A stretch of 63,953 nt of DNA, counting the filler, from Collodictyon triciliatum (Eukaryota): assembly GCA_043381765.1 (NCBI GenBank). It is 7 parts of 7 records of this genome, joined end to end, with 100 filler letters (N's around TTAATTAATTAA, not from the genome) between each part and the next. Parts side by side here need not be neighbours in the genome. Positions count along the whole stretch, not along the records: positions 62,494 to 63,953 come from JBHJMP010003176.1; 6 more parts are not named here. One strand, given 5' to 3'. Within the stretch, counting starts at the first letter, position 1. Every line of letters starts with the position of its first letter. Positions 62,570 to 63,953 of this stretch are shown in pieces. Made by a program: the position numbers and the translations under genes. The notes beneath the pieces are model-generated. The model was not told where the DNA came from and ran no database searches. It saw only the letters and a list, made by a program, of their open reading frames with translations.

Positions 62570-63610
62570 GCGGTGCTCCTTTCGACAGACGGAACTTCTT
62601 TGGAGATAGAAATGGTAACGAAGCAAACCAAATGTGACCGTAGAGGAGAGTCCATTATTTCACGAATGTTGGTTGTGAGTTTGAAGGGAACTTGTTGCAC
62701 AAACTAGGTATAGTAGGTGAAATTGCGCATAAGATTAATCAAAATCAACTGGACTCAAGGCGGAAAAAAAATGAAATGAGCTATGTTTTCGAATTCAGTC
62801 TCACTTTTTGTTTCCGAAACGGGATAAACGAGACGTTTCTTTTCAATTTTGGGGAATTAGTGTCATCAGGTGGGTTGCTGGAAACTGCCTAGACAGAATA
62901 GAATCAAGGTGATTGATGACTTTAGTTAAAATGTTTCTTGATACATGTGAATCACATATTATCTCGACGATTTATTTTGTTCATGTTATTCCTATAAATT
63001 GTTTATTTGGTATTATAGTGTTGCAAATACTTACTTGAACAGCACGGGGGAATCCAACGTATGCATACATGTACATCATCGAAGAAAAGAGAAGGACACA
63101 TATTAACATTTCTTGTATTGGGGCTAATTAAAAAAAAAAAACATGTGATAAATGGTTCAATATTACTATCACTGAGCCCGTCGATAGACACATTATCATC
63201 ATTCAATATAGAATCCGTCAGTATTCTTGAGTCGTCATCAACAGTCTATGAAATAAAGTGGGTCAATCATGTGATGCCAAATATGTGCTATACTGAACGT
63301 GATTTGGAATTCATGGGACCTGTCGTGATTCAGCTCGGCCTTTTTTCTTAGGTTTGAATGCCACCGGCACAATCCCTGATTCGTCTGGAAGCAAGGATGA
63401 CTCTGCTAACGAAGTGGTATTTGCCTCTACTACTGAAGTCGTGGGAGGCAGCTTTGGAAAAGGTTTCACAGATGGAGGCGACAGCGGGTTTTGCCTGCGT
63501 TCTGATATGAAAGACTTTTGAGGTATCGGTACAATCCACTCGCCAGGCCGCGGGATTTTTGTTAGTTCAACTTCAAAGCTTGCAGGATGTGGAAGTTTCT
63601 GAGACTCGAT
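62570..63610 (-). CDS. Internal exons of a hypothetical low-complexity protein
   Basis: CAG|IESQKLPHP...KPKKKGRAESRQ|GT...TAG|TVDDDSRILTDS: compatible phases, no recognisable domain. Confidence 0.35.
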
Positions 63611-63689
63611 CTGAGTATGGAAGATTCAGATTAGATAGAATACTTAGGTTTGATAACTTGGGTCAATAGAAAGAATGGGTGGTGATATG

Positions 63690-63953
63690 GCTCTTGTTTT
63701 GCTCTTGTTTTGCTCTTGTTTTGCTCTTGTTTTGCTCTTGTTTTGCTCTTGTTTTGCTCTTGTTATTCTTCTTGGTATTCTTCTTGGTATTCTTCTTGGT
63801 ATTCTTCTTGGTATTCTTCTTGGTATTCTTCTTGGTATTCTTCTTGGTATTCTTCTTGGTATTCTATTGTTTTATTATTGTTTTATTATTGTTTTATTAT
63901 TGTTTTATTATTGTTTTATTATTGTTTTATTATTGTTTTATTATTGTTTTATT
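63690..63953. repeat. Three consecutive minisatellites: (GCTCTTGTTTT)n, (TATTCTTCTTGG)n, (TATTGTTTTAT)n
   Basis: Abutting 11-12 nt tandem units up to the end of the window. Confidence 0.9.

Noticed and set aside
63690-63953. Telomere-like repeats at the window end, and the GGGAAAA repeat at 31272-31483
   Set aside because: The units are heterogeneous 11-12-mers or internal purine runs similar to other intronic satellites, with no canonical telomere motif.

Overview
AT-rich, intron-dense eukaryotic (probably protist) nuclear DNA in the standard genetic code. It is built from short contigs joined by six artificial N44-TTAATTAATTAA-N44 linkers plus one plain N gap. Manual splicing supports about 14 genes or gene fragments: two PP2C phosphatases (one LRR-fused), a biotin carboxylase-BCCP protein, a two-domain membrane nucleotidyl-cyclase-like protein, a partial DENN protein, a CBL-like EF-hand exon, ETFRF1/LYRM5, a KIAA0825-like protein, BCKDH E1-beta, a membrane-anchored S41 peptidase, a LEA_2-like protein, a giant SQ-repeat/IPT/REJ/GPS surface protein, MAT1 and a PX-PH protein. 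The most notable observations are: (1) a pyruvate-carboxylase-like protein with no carboxyltransferase domain that ends in the peroxisomal signal SKL; (2) a minor-spliceosome (U12) AT-AC intron; (3) a cyclase-like protein whose two domains both lack the catalytic residues; (4) about 400 aa of synonymously diversified (Ser-Gln)n in a polycystin-like protein with a degenerate GPS site. All family calls come from motif recognition by eye, not database searches, and exon structures are unverified by transcripts.
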